Part shown: one piece after another, positions 37,291 to 46,355 of the stretch | Layout of the letters: each line of letters opens with the position of its first letter | Position numbering within the stretch: the stretch's first letter is position 1 | Assembly: GCA_027046625.1 (NCBI GenBank) | Contig: JALTXX010000016.1 | Coordinates: 32,001-96,000, forward strand | From: Candidatus Micrarchaeota archaeon | GTDB lineage: Archaea; Iainarchaeota; Iainarchaeia; JAADDC01 | Length of the DNA: 64,000 bases | Reading direction: 5' to 3' | The notes under the pieces: model-generated | The model's input: only the letters and a program-made list of their open reading frames with translations | What the model was told of the DNA's origin: nothing | Database searches by the model: none | Position numbers and translations under genes: made by a program

Positions 37291-37755
37291 TCACTTCTTA
37301 GGGAGGGATCCGCTTACTATTGCGTAGGCTTCTGCATAGTCTACTTTCAACCCTAGCCTTCTAAGGGCTCTTCTCATAGTATACGCCTTTAATAGGGCTT
37401 TAAGTGCCTCCTTTTCCTTTTTTGTGACATCCAATCCCTCCACCATTTTGCCTATAATCCTTGAAGCCTTTGTGTTGACAGTTTTTATAGCATTGGCAAT
37501 GTTTTCGGGTGTGGCCTTTCCTGTAACCTCCTCAATGACGCTATTTAATTCTCCCATGTCAAAAACCTCACCCAGATAGTGTTCTATTCTTCCCCCCACA
37601 GAGTACTCTATTCCAGATAGAAAAATTAGAATGTTCAGAGGTGTCTGCTCCCGTGGCTTGAGCTTTTTTACTACAATCCAATCATTATCCTTGGCTATAA
37701 ATTGGATGGTGTCTTCCATGTGTACACTAAACCCCATAACATTTATCAATTTCAC
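37291..37755 (-). CDS. Hypothetical protein
   Basis: 154-aa ORF filling the gap between tRNA-Arg and the TrmB gene. Confidence 0.6.
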   Translation of the reverse strand: MKLINVMGFSVHMEDTIQFIAKDNDWIVVKKLKPREQTPLNILIFLSGIEYSVGGRIEHYLGEVFDMGELNSVIEEVTGKATPENIANAIKTVNTKASRIIGKMVEGLDVTKKEKEALKALLKAYTMRRALRRLGLKVDYAEAYAIVSGSLPKK

Positions 37756-37768
37756 ATCAGTTTAATTT

Positions 37769-38398
37769 GTGGAAAGAGAGGCACTAGAAACACTGAGGCT
37801 AGCAGGATTCAATGAATATGAGTCAAGGGTACTCTTTGCACTCCTTAAGCTGGGAGAAGCGGATGTAAAAACCATAACCACATATTCAGGCGTACCTCGT
37901 ACAAAAACTTATGAAGTGCTAAGAGGATTGGTTAGGAAAGGGTTTGTAACCGAGCTTTCCACCCAGCCTATTAGGTTTTCCATCCCGGATCCTGATGGAT
38001 TCATAGAGAGGCTAAAACAGGAAAAGAGAAGGGAGGTGGAGAAGCTTCTGAGAGAGTTAACCAACCTTAAGGAGCTTTTACCTGTTTTGGTGGAAGGTTC
38101 GAAGCAGGATGAAAATTACGTTATGAAGTTGGGAAACCCTCAGGATATTATAAAGGTGGTTGAAAAGACAGAACATCCTAGAATAGTGGTGTACACAAGG
38201 AGAAGTGAAGAATTCCTGAAGGGATTGGGCGATGAAGAGATTCAAGGCCCTATAGATATGATACTCACTCCAAGTGAATTGTTTCTACCACTTTCTCCTA
38301 TAGGGGAGCCAAGAAGAGAATATGTAGTAGTGGTTTTTACCAACCCCTACATTATGGAGATGGCAAAACGGTGGGTAGATGAAGTACTATCCAAATGA
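37769..38398 (+). CDS. TrmB-family transcriptional regulator
   Basis: GFNEYESRV...SGVPRTKTYEVL..L..KG winged HTH. Confidence 0.9.
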   Translation: MEREALETLRLAGFNEYESRVLFALLKLGEADVKTITTYSGVPRTKTYEVLRGLVRKGFVTELSTQPIRFSIPDPDGFIERLKQEKRREVEKLLRELTNLKELLPVLVEGSKQDENYVMKLGNPQDIIKVVEKTEHPRIVVYTRRSEEFLKGLGDEEIQGPIDMILTPSELFLPLSPIGEPRREYVVVVFTNPYIMEMAKRWVDEVLSK

Positions 38399-39325
38399 TA
38401 GCCTTATAATCTCCTCTAGGGCCCTGTCAATGTGTTTTTGTTGTGACAGAGTGGAAACAAATGCGTGGGGAGTTAAAACCCCCAGCTCTGACACAATACC
38501 AGTAATATACCTTGGAGGCGTTACATCAAATGCAGGATTCCTTATCTTTGCTCCTGGCAGTTCCTTGGGATCAATCACTTCCTTGGGATCCCGCTCCTCA
38601 ATAGGTTCCTTATATCCTAGAATGGTAGCGGGATCGAACTTGTAGGTAGACGCTGCCACATAGTAGGGTACACCCATCTCCCTTGCAGAAACAGCCATCA
38701 GAGCGGTACCTATCTTGTTTATAACCCTTCCATCCGCTGTAATAACATCCGCTCCTGTCATATAAAGATCCACATCCTTCATGAAGTAGTGTGCAGCGCC
38801 ATCCACTATATACATAACATCCACACCCATCCCCAACAACTCCTTTGCTGTAATCTTTCCTTGGTAGCGTGGACGTGTCTCTGTTACGATAACAGTAAAC
38901 TTTTTCTCCTTTGAAGCTTCCTCAAACACCCTCATGAGAGTAGAGGAATGGCAGTGGGTAATAACAGTGTATCCATCCTCTATGAGACGGGCTCCAATTC
39001 TTCCAATTGCAGCATCAACCTCTTTCATATGTTCAGCATAATTTTCAAGGGAACGCTTCAGCTGTCTTATCCTCTCGGGTGGTGGTAGGTCCTTCCCTTT
39101 TCTGAGCTCCCTCAGCACAAATGCCATAGCATCTCTAAGAGCCGGTTCTGTTGGTCTTGTTTTTACCAACACCTTTACAGCATCCACTACCTCCTTTTCC
39201 ACATCCTTCGGTTCATCAAGAAGAAGGGCATAGATGGCGGCCACCGCCCTTTCTGCTATACGTTTAGCTCCTTGAATTTTTAGTTCCTTGATTTGTTTTG
39301 CTGTTTCCTCCACTACAGGATGCAT
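38387..39325 (-). CDS. Ribose-1,5-bisphosphate isomerase (eIF-2B alpha/beta/delta family)
   Basis: IQGA..IA, RPTEP, THCHSS (catalytic Cys), ETRP, GAD...NKIGT and NPAFDVTP motifs. Confidence 0.85.
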   Translation of the reverse strand: MHPVVEETAKQIKELKIQGAKRIAERAVAAIYALLLDEPKDVEKEVVDAVKVLVKTRPTEPALRDAMAFVLRELRKGKDLPPPERIRQLKRSLENYAEHMKEVDAAIGRIGARLIEDGYTVITHCHSSTLMRVFEEASKEKKFTVIVTETRPRYQGKITAKELLGMGVDVMYIVDGAAHYFMKDVDLYMTGADVITADGRVINKIGTALMAVSAREMGVPYYVAASTYKFDPATILGYKEPIEERDPKEVIDPKELPGAKIRNPAFDVTPPRYITGIVSELGVLTPHAFVSTLSQQKHIDRALEEIIRLSFG

Positions 39326-39371
39326 GGTGTAATAAGGGTTAGGGTTATATTAAGCTAATCCTTCTTTTTAC

Positions 39372-39668
39372 GTGGGACTGAGCAAGAGGCAGCGCATTAT
39401 AGAGGTGTTATTAGAAGCAGAATACCCCCTCTCTGTGGATGAAATAGCATACCGAGCTGGCATGGATAGTAAGGATGTGGCATCCCACCTAGATAGAATA
39501 GCAGAAGCTATGAGAGGGAAGGGATATATCATGGAAATAGAACCTGCGAGATGCAAAAAATGTGGTTACGAGTTTGAACCATCCCTAAGGATTCCTAGTA
39601 AGTGCCCCAGATGCCACTCCCAGTGGCTGAGTCCTCCAAGGTTTAGGCTGGTAAAAGCTGGGAAATGA
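39372..39668 (+). CDS. HTH plus Zn-ribbon transcriptional regulator (COG3357-like)
   Basis: PARCKKCGYEF...PSKCPRCHSQW..PPRF. Confidence 0.88.
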   Translation: MGLSKRQRIIEVLLEAEYPLSVDEIAYRAGMDSKDVASHLDRIAEAMRGKGYIMEIEPARCKKCGYEFEPSLRIPSKCPRCHSQWLSPPRFRLVKAGK

Positions 39669-40737
39669 GGATGAGGAGGAATATAAGAAGGGTTAGATAG
39701 GGAAGGGGATGCTTTCTTCCATGGATTTTTATCATAAGATAGGAGGGTAGTATCCCTCCCACGAACAATAGCCCTAAAGATCCAAAAAGAAGGGATTCAT
39801 AGAATCTCAAATGGAGTAAAAACATTAGAAGTGGGGGCAGCACAACGATTATCCAACCTGCAAACCGTCTCCTGATATATTCGGTGACCATGTCCACCGC
39901 CCCCAATGCCACCCCGATAAAGGATGTTAGCATGGTGAGGAGGGGAATAATATATGCCAGCGGTGCATAGAAAGGACCTAATACATTCACCAGTCCAAAT
40001 ATGGATATTTCTGGCGTTTCCTCTCTTAGAGTACCTATTACTGCAAGGGAGAACAGGATATATAGAAGGGTTGTAATTACAAAGGAGTGCATAATAGCCT
40101 TAGCTACTAGCTTTCTATCCTTCAGGATAGACACCGCTTCTGGGATAACCAGGTGCATGTAAAATGCAAATACTGAGATGGAAATGGCCGTAAACAACTC
40201 TTTGTATCTCTCGTTGAGAGGGACGTGGTAGGGGATGATGTAAGGGATTAGCCATAATACAGTAAGGAGGAACAACAATCCCATAAGGGTAACAGCCCCA
40301 AACTCCACCGTAGAGGATAGCCTTAACCCCATTAGCACTACAAAAGATAGTATACCCCACACAATAACACCACTAATGGTAGGATCTACACCAAGCAGAT
40401 GTTCTATGGACTGAGAGATTCCGTAAGTGTATGCACTCAACGCCCCATAAACAGAAAAGAGAAGGAGGATGGTAAAGAGAATGCTTCCCTTCTTTCCAAG
40501 GTGATGTTCAAACAACTCGAAAAGATGGAACCGGGGATTGGTTCTATATATTGCATCGAGAAGAAAAAGGGCTGTCAACCCCATAAGAATACCTGCAAGC
40601 GCAATGGCTATACTCCCCCAAAAGAATCCAAGCCCCTTTATTGCATAGGGAAGTCCGAGCACACCTGCGCCAATCTGTGTACCTACAAGCAGAGATACAG
40701 CCCTAAGATAGTCCCTCACCCTATGATGATGGAGCAA
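39643..40737 (-). CDS. Amino acid permease (HAAAP/aromatic family)
   Basis: GTQIGAGVLGLPY and TSFIG motifs; about 11 TM helices. Confidence 0.88.
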   Translation of the reverse strand: MLHHHRVRDYLRAVSLLVGTQIGAGVLGLPYAIKGLGFFWGSIAIALAGILMGLTALFLLDAIYRTNPRFHLFELFEHHLGKKGSILFTILLLFSVYGALSAYTYGISQSIEHLLGVDPTISGVIVWGILSFVVLMGLRLSSTVEFGAVTLMGLLFLLTVLWLIPYIIPYHVPLNERYKELFTAISISVFAFYMHLVIPEAVSILKDRKLVAKAIMHSFVITTLLYILFSLAVIGTLREETPEISIFGLVNVLGPFYAPLAYIIPLLTMLTSFIGVALGAVDMVTEYIRRRFAGWIIVVLPPLLMFLLHLRFYESLLFGSLGLLFVGGILPSYLMIKIHGRKHPLPYLTLLIFLLILISQLLPA

Positions 40738-40739
40738 AC

Positions 40740-41444
40740 CTATCTTATACGTGACGGATGAGTAAACACCTTAAGCCCATCAAGATCCAGCTGAAAGAGA
40801 GTGATACCCAATTCTTCTCCAACGGATGCTGCAAGATCCGTAATGCCCTTTGTGGTTCCTAGCAAGGGTATACCTAGATAGGAGGCTCTTATAACAGTCT
40901 CAGGCCTTATAATGGAAGAAGATACGAGGAAGGCATTCTTCAAGTCAAACCTATCCTTTAGCGCTCTTCCTACGGCCTTGTAAAAGGCATTTTCATCCTC
41001 TATATCAGAAGCTGTAAAAATGTACCCATTTATATCGGAAAGTAGATAGGATGGGAGTTCAAAGAAGGTATCCCCAGCCAGTGTAAGTTTCTCCATAAGT
41101 TTTTCTTCGTCAACAAAGAACGAGCCATTGACTCTGGGGATGTTTATGGTCTCAAGAGGTTCCACACCTCTTTCCCTAAGGTATTCCATGCGAAACTCGA
41201 AGTCTGGCGTGACCTCCACTTCAATGATGTCATCTCTTATGTTTATACGCTCAATGCTGTCAGGATCTTCCACGTAAGCATTAGAGACAAGCCTTCCCAT
41301 TACATACTCCTTTAGAAGAGAAGGTGTTAGTAACACATCAAATGAGAGGACGTTGTTTACATTTATGGTGTAGTATTGTGTTCTTATGGCAGGTATCCAG
41401 CGTTTTCCCTCCCTTGTATAGGCTATAACAGATGTTTTCTCCAT
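40740..41444 (-). CDS. FdhD-like protein, divergent
   Basis: TP..L.E..MG.L, DI...NA.YKAVG, T.LA...GEELGITL and FTHP.RI segments; lacks the CGxC and GRHN motifs. Confidence 0.7.
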   Translation of the reverse strand: MEKTSVIAYTREGKRWIPAIRTQYYTINVNNVLSFDVLLTPSLLKEYVMGRLVSNAYVEDPDSIERINIRDDIIEVEVTPDFEFRMEYLRERGVEPLETINIPRVNGSFFVDEEKLMEKLTLAGDTFFELPSYLLSDINGYIFTASDIEDENAFYKAVGRALKDRFDLKNAFLVSSSIIRPETVIRASYLGIPLLGTTKGITDLAASVGEELGITLFQLDLDGLKVFTHPSRIR

Positions 41445-41541
41445 GTTCCCTCGCCCCCTAAGAGGATGGGAGGGTTAGGTATTTAAGGGTGGGAAGTTCA
41501 GATGTTTAACGAATACATAACATGTGGTTAGAGGTGTTAGC

Positions 41542-42141
41542 ATGAGGGTGTTATCATTCTCTGATTTGCACAATGATGTAGAAAGATTTATGCTGCTTAT
41601 GGAGAGCAACGCAGATCTGTACATTGGTGCCGGAGACCTAGTATCCGGGAATAGAGACCTTCTAAACACCATGCTAAGAGAGGTTGGCAATAAACCCTTC
41701 CTAATGGTGCCAGGAAACAACGAACTCCCCTCCTGGATTCCTGCACACTATAACCTCCATGGGAAGATGGTAGAGATGGAAGGGATACGCTTTGGAGGGC
41801 TTGGAGGATCCCCCATAACACCCTTTGAAACTATCTTTGAATGGGAAGAGGACTATGCCTTCAAGGTTTTAGAGGAGATGGGTTATGTGGATGTACTAGT
41901 CTCACATACTCCTCCATGGGGTTCAAAGCTATCTCTCACAAGGATGGGCAAGGATATAGGAAGCGAGGCAGTAAGGTGGTACGTGGACGAGTTTCGTCCG
42001 CGTGTAGTAATAGCGGGCCACGTACATGAACGTGCAGGTATGGAAGATAGAATGGGGAGAACGTTGATGTTCAACCCAGGAAGGATAGGAGCTATTCTTT
42101 CCATTAATCCAGACGGATCATCACATATTTCCTGGTTATAG
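41542..42141 (+). CDS. Calcineurin-like metallophosphoesterase
   Basis: SDLH, GD, PGNNE, HTPP, GHVHE and NPG motifs. Confidence 0.9.
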   Translation: MRVLSFSDLHNDVERFMLLMESNADLYIGAGDLVSGNRDLLNTMLREVGNKPFLMVPGNNELPSWIPAHYNLHGKMVEMEGIRFGGLGGSPITPFETIFEWEEDYAFKVLEEMGYVDVLVSHTPPWGSKLSLTRMGKDIGSEAVRWYVDEFRPRVVIAGHVHERAGMEDRMGRTLMFNPGRIGAILSINPDGSSHISWL

Positions 42142-42754
42142 GCTTCCCATCCTTCTCTCCAACGTGAGAAAAGGAGAATTTCACCTCATCTGCCAATGAT
42201 TTGAACCTTTTCCCTACCCTATCGGCCACCTTCTTTGACCCAATGTAGATATCTATACCCCCCTTCACCTGTTTCTCCCCTGTTATAAAAGCCTTTGGAT
42301 CCTTCTCCCTTTCAATTACATTTAAAACTTTCCTGTACAACTCTCTCCACCTGTTTCCCCTTAGCTGTATAACAGCTTCATAGTATCCCCCATACCTTCT
42401 TGCACAGTAGGGACATTGTTCATATTTCTTCTTTAGCTTAAGGGTCTCCGTGTGCTGAAACCCTCTCCCTTGAAGGGATGCATAAACAAGGAAGTGATCC
42501 TCTTCTTCCTTTATGGAAAGGTTTAGCTGAGCCACATCAATGTCTGGATGAACTTTTAGATGTCTCCTTACCCAGGAGAGTATCTTAGGCAGGCTGAACT
42601 CCTCCCACCTACCAACATATATTCTACCACAGGTGGGACACACCTTTAGCTCATTCTTAAAGGAAAGGGCACTATATTCTTTGAAAAAACAGGACGGACA
42701 CAACCCCCTTATGGTTACGGAGGTTTCCCTTCCGCACACAGGGCAGAGTGGCAT
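42104..42754 (-). CDS. nmd3: NMD3-family large-subunit maturation protein
   Basis: Multiple CxxC; GYYEAVIQLR and GIDIYIGS motifs. Confidence 0.9.
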   Translation of the reverse strand: MPLCPVCGRETSVTIRGLCPSCFFKEYSALSFKNELKVCPTCGRIYVGRWEEFSLPKILSWVRRHLKVHPDIDVAQLNLSIKEEEDHFLVYASLQGRGFQHTETLKLKKKYEQCPYCARRYGGYYEAVIQLRGNRWRELYRKVLNVIEREKDPKAFITGEKQVKGGIDIYIGSKKVADRVGKRFKSLADEVKFSFSHVGEKDGKPITRKYVMIRLD

Positions 42755-42786
42755 GGATTAAATATTGTTGGGGAAAGATTATATGG

Positions 42787-42840
42787 GCGATGATGAAAAC
42801 GGGTGAAACTGTACCATGATGATACCACTCTGTACTGAGC
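42787..42840 (+). ncRNA. Box C/D guide sRNA; predicted 23S targets equivalent to E. coli positions 2557 and 2454
   Basis: ATGATGA - AAACGGGTGAAA - CTGT - acc - ATGATGA - TACCACTCTGTA - CTGA with GC/GC ends; the 12-nt guides are antisense to UUCACCCGUU and ACAGAGUGGUA. Confidence 0.82.
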
Positions 42841-43286
42841 ACATCCCATGTTGGATTATTGCCTCTATCTTACCAGGACTAGAAAATAGGATTGGAATAC
42901 CCCTAGCTATAATAGGTGGCATACCTATTCACCTTGCAGTTATCCTTTCTTCTCTCCTTTCTGCAATGGCAGGTATTGCTACATTCTACATACTCAAAGT
43001 TCTTGAGGAATTGGGGTTGGCAAGACTGTTACCCATCCACTGGGTGAGGAAACGTTTTGAACCCTATAGGAGGTACGGAAAATTAGCACTGCCACTCTTT
43101 GTGGCCGTTCCTCTACCCGGCAGCGGAGCCTATACAGGAGCTCTGGCAGCATTTCTGGTGGGATTGAATGAAAGAGAAACAGCTGCTGGCCTGTTGTTAG
43201 GAACGCTACTGGCTGGTATTATTGTGGGTGCTCTGGCGGGGGGACTAACGGCTCTAGTTGCCTTGCAAAGCTTACCCTCTCCATGA
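42816..43286 (+). CDS. Small multidrug export-family membrane protein (COG2426-like)
   Basis: LPGLE.R.GIP and LFVAVPLPGSGAYTGAL motifs. Confidence 0.85.
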   Translation: MMIPLCTEHIPCWIIASILPGLENRIGIPLAIIGGIPIHLAVILSSLLSAMAGIATFYILKVLEELGLARLLPIHWVRKRFEPYRRYGKLALPLFVAVPLPGSGAYTGALAAFLVGLNERETAAGLLLGTLLAGIIVGALAGGLTALVALQSLPSP

Positions 43287-43863
43287 AGGGAGCAGGATCC
43301 CTTATCAACCCGGGAAGGTATGCATAGTGCATGGGAATGGCTATCGTTGGTTGTATGGTGTGTGCAGCCTCTGCTGCCTCAATAGGATCCATTGTATAGG
43401 TTCCCCCTATAGGAAGTAGTGCAACGGTTACCTTCCCCCTAAGGGAAGACATCTCCGGTATATGGTCTGTATCTCCTGCATGGTATATGGTGACCCTTCC
43501 TAACCTAATGAGATAACCTACATAGTTTTTCTCCCTTGGGTGGTAGGGCTTGTTTATGTTGTAGGCTGGAACAGCCTCTATTCCTATGCCTTTCCACTCA
43601 ACCACACCACCGGGTCTTACAAAGATACCATCTACCTTCCCTTTGCACGCCTCGCTGGCCACTAAGTGTGTATCATCCCTTTTTATCATGGAAATGACCC
43701 TTTCATCACAATGGTCAAAGTGGTCATGAGTAATAAGGATAAGGTCAGCTCTTTTTGGCTGTTCTTCCATGATGTAGGGGTCTATATAGATGGTAAGATC
43801 CTTGTAGCTAATTCTAAAGGTTGCATGACCTATCCACTCAATGTTAACGCCTTCTATCTCCAT
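43219..43863 (-). CDS. Metallo-beta-lactamase-fold hydrolase
   Basis: GHA, IDP, THDHFDH, YHAGDT and PMHY motifs. Confidence 0.92.
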   Translation of the reverse strand: MEIEGVNIEWIGHATFRISYKDLTIYIDPYIMEEQPKRADLILITHDHFDHCDERVISMIKRDDTHLVASEACKGKVDGIFVRPGGVVEWKGIGIEAVPAYNINKPYHPREKNYVGYLIRLGRVTIYHAGDTDHIPEMSSLRGKVTVALLPIGGTYTMDPIEAAEAAHTIQPTIAIPMHYAYLPGLIRDPAPFMERVSFARQLEPLVPPPEHPQ

Positions 43864-43868
43864 GGTAT

Positions 43869-43926
43869 CACCTCAGCCGGTTCGCAGCTCATCATCACAT
43901 CAGCGGTTGTTCACCTCATCCCCATT
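43869..43926 (-). ncRNA. Box C/D guide sRNA; predicted guide for 23S Um2552 (A-loop)
   Basis: GGGATGA - GGTGAACAACCG - CTGA - t - GTGATGA - TGAGCTGCGAACCGG - CTGA; the D' guide pairs with GGUUGUUCACC and the N+5 rule lands on U2552. Confidence 0.85.
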
Positions 43927-43976
43927 CTAATGATTGCTGCAAGTTACTAAAAAGGTTCTTTGCTATATTTGGAGGT

Positions 43977-45077
43977 ATGGACATAGACCTTCTCAAAAGG
44001 CTGGTAGCCCTAGATACTTCCCAGGGAAAAAACAGAGAAAAAGCAGTAAACATTATCAAAGAAGCTGCAGAGGAAAGAGGTCTGAAACCAAGGGTTGTAG
44101 AGGACGAAAAGGGTATTTTAAACGTGGTTGTAGAGGGTGAGGGGAGGGGAAAGAAGGTATTATTTATCACACATTATGATGTGGTGCCTCCTGGTGATGG
44201 GTGGACTAGAGATCCCTTCTCCCCTTATGTGGAGGGAGATAGATTGTATGGGAGGGGCGCGGCAGATGATAAATCTGCCATTGTGGCAGTACTGGATGCC
44301 ATGGCAGAGGTGGAATCCCCTTCTGTAAAACCCATCCTTGTGGTTGCGGGTGCTGAGGAAACAGGAGAATCAGAACCCTTTATGAGATCCTTAGAAGGAG
44401 ATGTAGCCATTGTGGTGGATGCCTCTCCCCTTCCAACCATAGGAGCGTCCGGAGTGAATAAATGGACTGTGATAGTGAAAGGGAAGCAGGCCCATTCTGG
44501 ATATCCATTCCTAGGAAAGAATGCTCTGTATGATGCAGCAAAGATAGTGTCTTTCGTAGAGTCCTTTCACTCCTTTGCGGAACACTTTCTAAGAGATAAA
44601 TACCCTGCAGTAGAGCATTATGACAGGATACCGGTACGTGCGGCGGCTACTGTAATTAAAGGAGGTTATGCATGGAATGTTATACCCCAGGAGGTTAGTA
44701 TTGAGATTTCCATAAGAACTACTCCCTCTTGGAACCATGTGGGAGAGCAGTTCACTCAAATGCTGAGGGAGTTTTGTGATAGGGAAGGTATAGAGTGCGA
44801 TATAAGGGAGGATATTTATATAAACGCTTGGATAAGTGAGGGGGAGCATGTAGAAAATTTTATGAGGATCTACGAAGAGGTAACAGGCAAAAGAATAGAG
44901 CCTGCCATTGAGCTGGGAGGTACGGATGGAGTACACTTTGTGGACAGAATGGGAGTGGTACAGTTTGGCCCCATGCGGCCAGAAAACAATATCCACGGAC
45001 CAGACGAGTTTGTGTATTTGAAGGATGTGGAGATGGTAAAGAATGTGGTAAAAGGGGTAATAGAGAAGGGTGTTTAA
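43977..45077 (+). CDS. M20-family metallopeptidase (ArgE/DapE-like)
   Basis: HYDVVP, GRGAADDK, EE, GGTD and HGPDE motifs. Confidence 0.92.
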   Translation: MDIDLLKRLVALDTSQGKNREKAVNIIKEAAEERGLKPRVVEDEKGILNVVVEGEGRGKKVLFITHYDVVPPGDGWTRDPFSPYVEGDRLYGRGAADDKSAIVAVLDAMAEVESPSVKPILVVAGAEETGESEPFMRSLEGDVAIVVDASPLPTIGASGVNKWTVIVKGKQAHSGYPFLGKNALYDAAKIVSFVESFHSFAEHFLRDKYPAVEHYDRIPVRAAATVIKGGYAWNVIPQEVSIEISIRTTPSWNHVGEQFTQMLREFCDREGIECDIREDIYINAWISEGEHVENFMRIYEEVTGKRIEPAIELGGTDGVHFVDRMGVVQFGPMRPENNIHGPDEFVYLKDVEMVKNVVKGVIEKGV

Positions 45078-45616
45078 CCCCCGTAAACCCTAATATATAT
45101 TACTCTTACAGCGTTCCTGTTCTCTATGTTGTTGTCCAGGTCCAAGTTTTGCAGTTCTATGGTGTTGGAGGTAGAAACATTGGTAAAGTACAGATTTCTC
45201 ACTCCACCGTTACCGATTCCTATAGGTTCCGGCACTAGTATAACACTTTTCCTTAGTAGGGCTGCCATCTCTGGGCTGCTCTCTTCAACCTGCTTTAGAA
45301 ACTGGTCTATGGCTGGTGTAATGCCAAAGTCTCCACTCTCTGGGAGTGTTCCGTTTACCTTCACTAGCAATGGGAGGGATCTATCTCCTCCTCCCTCGGT
45401 TATGAGACTTAGTTCTACCCTCACTTTTTCTGGAACTTTTTCCAGCTCGAAACTAAATCTTTTTACCTCTCCTGGATTTATGAGAACGTCTTTAGCAACC
45501 TCTATATAGGATGGTTTTTCCTCTGCCTCTTGTTTGGGTTGTTGTGGTGTTGAAAACAGCTGAACTGCCAGAAATGCCACCACCAGGAGTAGCACTACTG
45601 CTATGACAACTCTCAT
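45074..45616 (-). CDS. Hypothetical membrane-anchored or secreted protein
   Basis: N-terminal hydrophobic helix; beta-rich body. Confidence 0.7.
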   Translation of the reverse strand: MRVVIAVVLLLVVAFLAVQLFSTPQQPKQEAEEKPSYIEVAKDVLINPGEVKRFSFELEKVPEKVRVELSLITEGGGDRSLPLLVKVNGTLPESGDFGITPAIDQFLKQVEESSPEMAALLRKSVILVPEPIGIGNGGVRNLYFTNVSTSNTIELQNLDLDNNIENRNAVRVIYIRVYGG

Positions 45617-45657
45617 GATAAAGGATAGGATGAGGTGTTATTTAATGTTAACGATTG

Positions 45658-46350
45658 TTAATCTACCGTAAAGTATATGGCTTTCTTCCCCTTCCCTTTG
45701 TTTTCCTTCTTCAGAAACACGATCTTCCCAATTTCTCCCGTCCTCTTTACGTGAGGTCCCCCGTCAGCCTGTATATCAACACCCGGAATCTCCACAATTC
45801 TCCATTGTTTTATATTAGGAGGCATCCTTCCCGCAAGCTTTACAATCCCTTCAATTTTCAGGGCCTCCTCCCTAGGCAGCCAGTACACCTTTACGGGTAA
45901 ATCCTCTTCCACCACCCGTTGAGCATTCTCAAATACATCTTTTATCATCTCATCCGTGAGTGTGTCCACATTGTACATTTCTTTTGCCTTTTCTGAGGTA
46001 ATATGACCACCGGTAACCAATGCTCCGTACAGTTTATACATGAAGGCCGATATAATGTGAGATGCGGTGTGTAATCTCATCTGGCGGTACCTATTATCCC
46101 AGTCTAAAATACCTCTTACCTCCTCCCCAACCTGAGGTGTACCATCCACTAGGTGGATGATTTTACCCTCTTCCTTCCTTACACCTAGTACTTTGTACTC
46201 ATCTCTTCCTATTAGCACACCTCTATCGCCTTCTAATCCTCCGCTTCTTGGAAAGAAGGCAGTTCTATCTAAAACTACCCCATTCTCTGTTACGTACACC
46301 ACCTTAGCTTTAAACTCTTTTATATAAGGGTCTTCAAGGTATAGTTCCAC
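45658..46350 (-). CDS. alaX: Alanyl-tRNA editing protein AlaX-M
   Basis: LDRTAFFP..GG..GD.G, HTASH and DGGPHV motifs. Confidence 0.92.
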   Translation of the reverse strand: MELYLEDPYIKEFKAKVVYVTENGVVLDRTAFFPRSGGLEGDRGVLIGRDEYKVLGVRKEEGKIIHLVDGTPQVGEEVRGILDWDNRYRQMRLHTASHIISAFMYKLYGALVTGGHITSEKAKEMYNVDTLTDEMIKDVFENAQRVVEEDLPVKVYWLPREEALKIEGIVKLAGRMPPNIKQWRIVEIPGVDIQADGGPHVKRTGEIGKIVFLKKENKGKGKKAIYFTVD

Positions 46351-46355
46351 GCCGA

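Noticed and set aside
40723-40794. ATGATGA...CTGA C/D-like pattern
   Set aside because: Guide spacing is far too long; explained by antisense His codons of the permease
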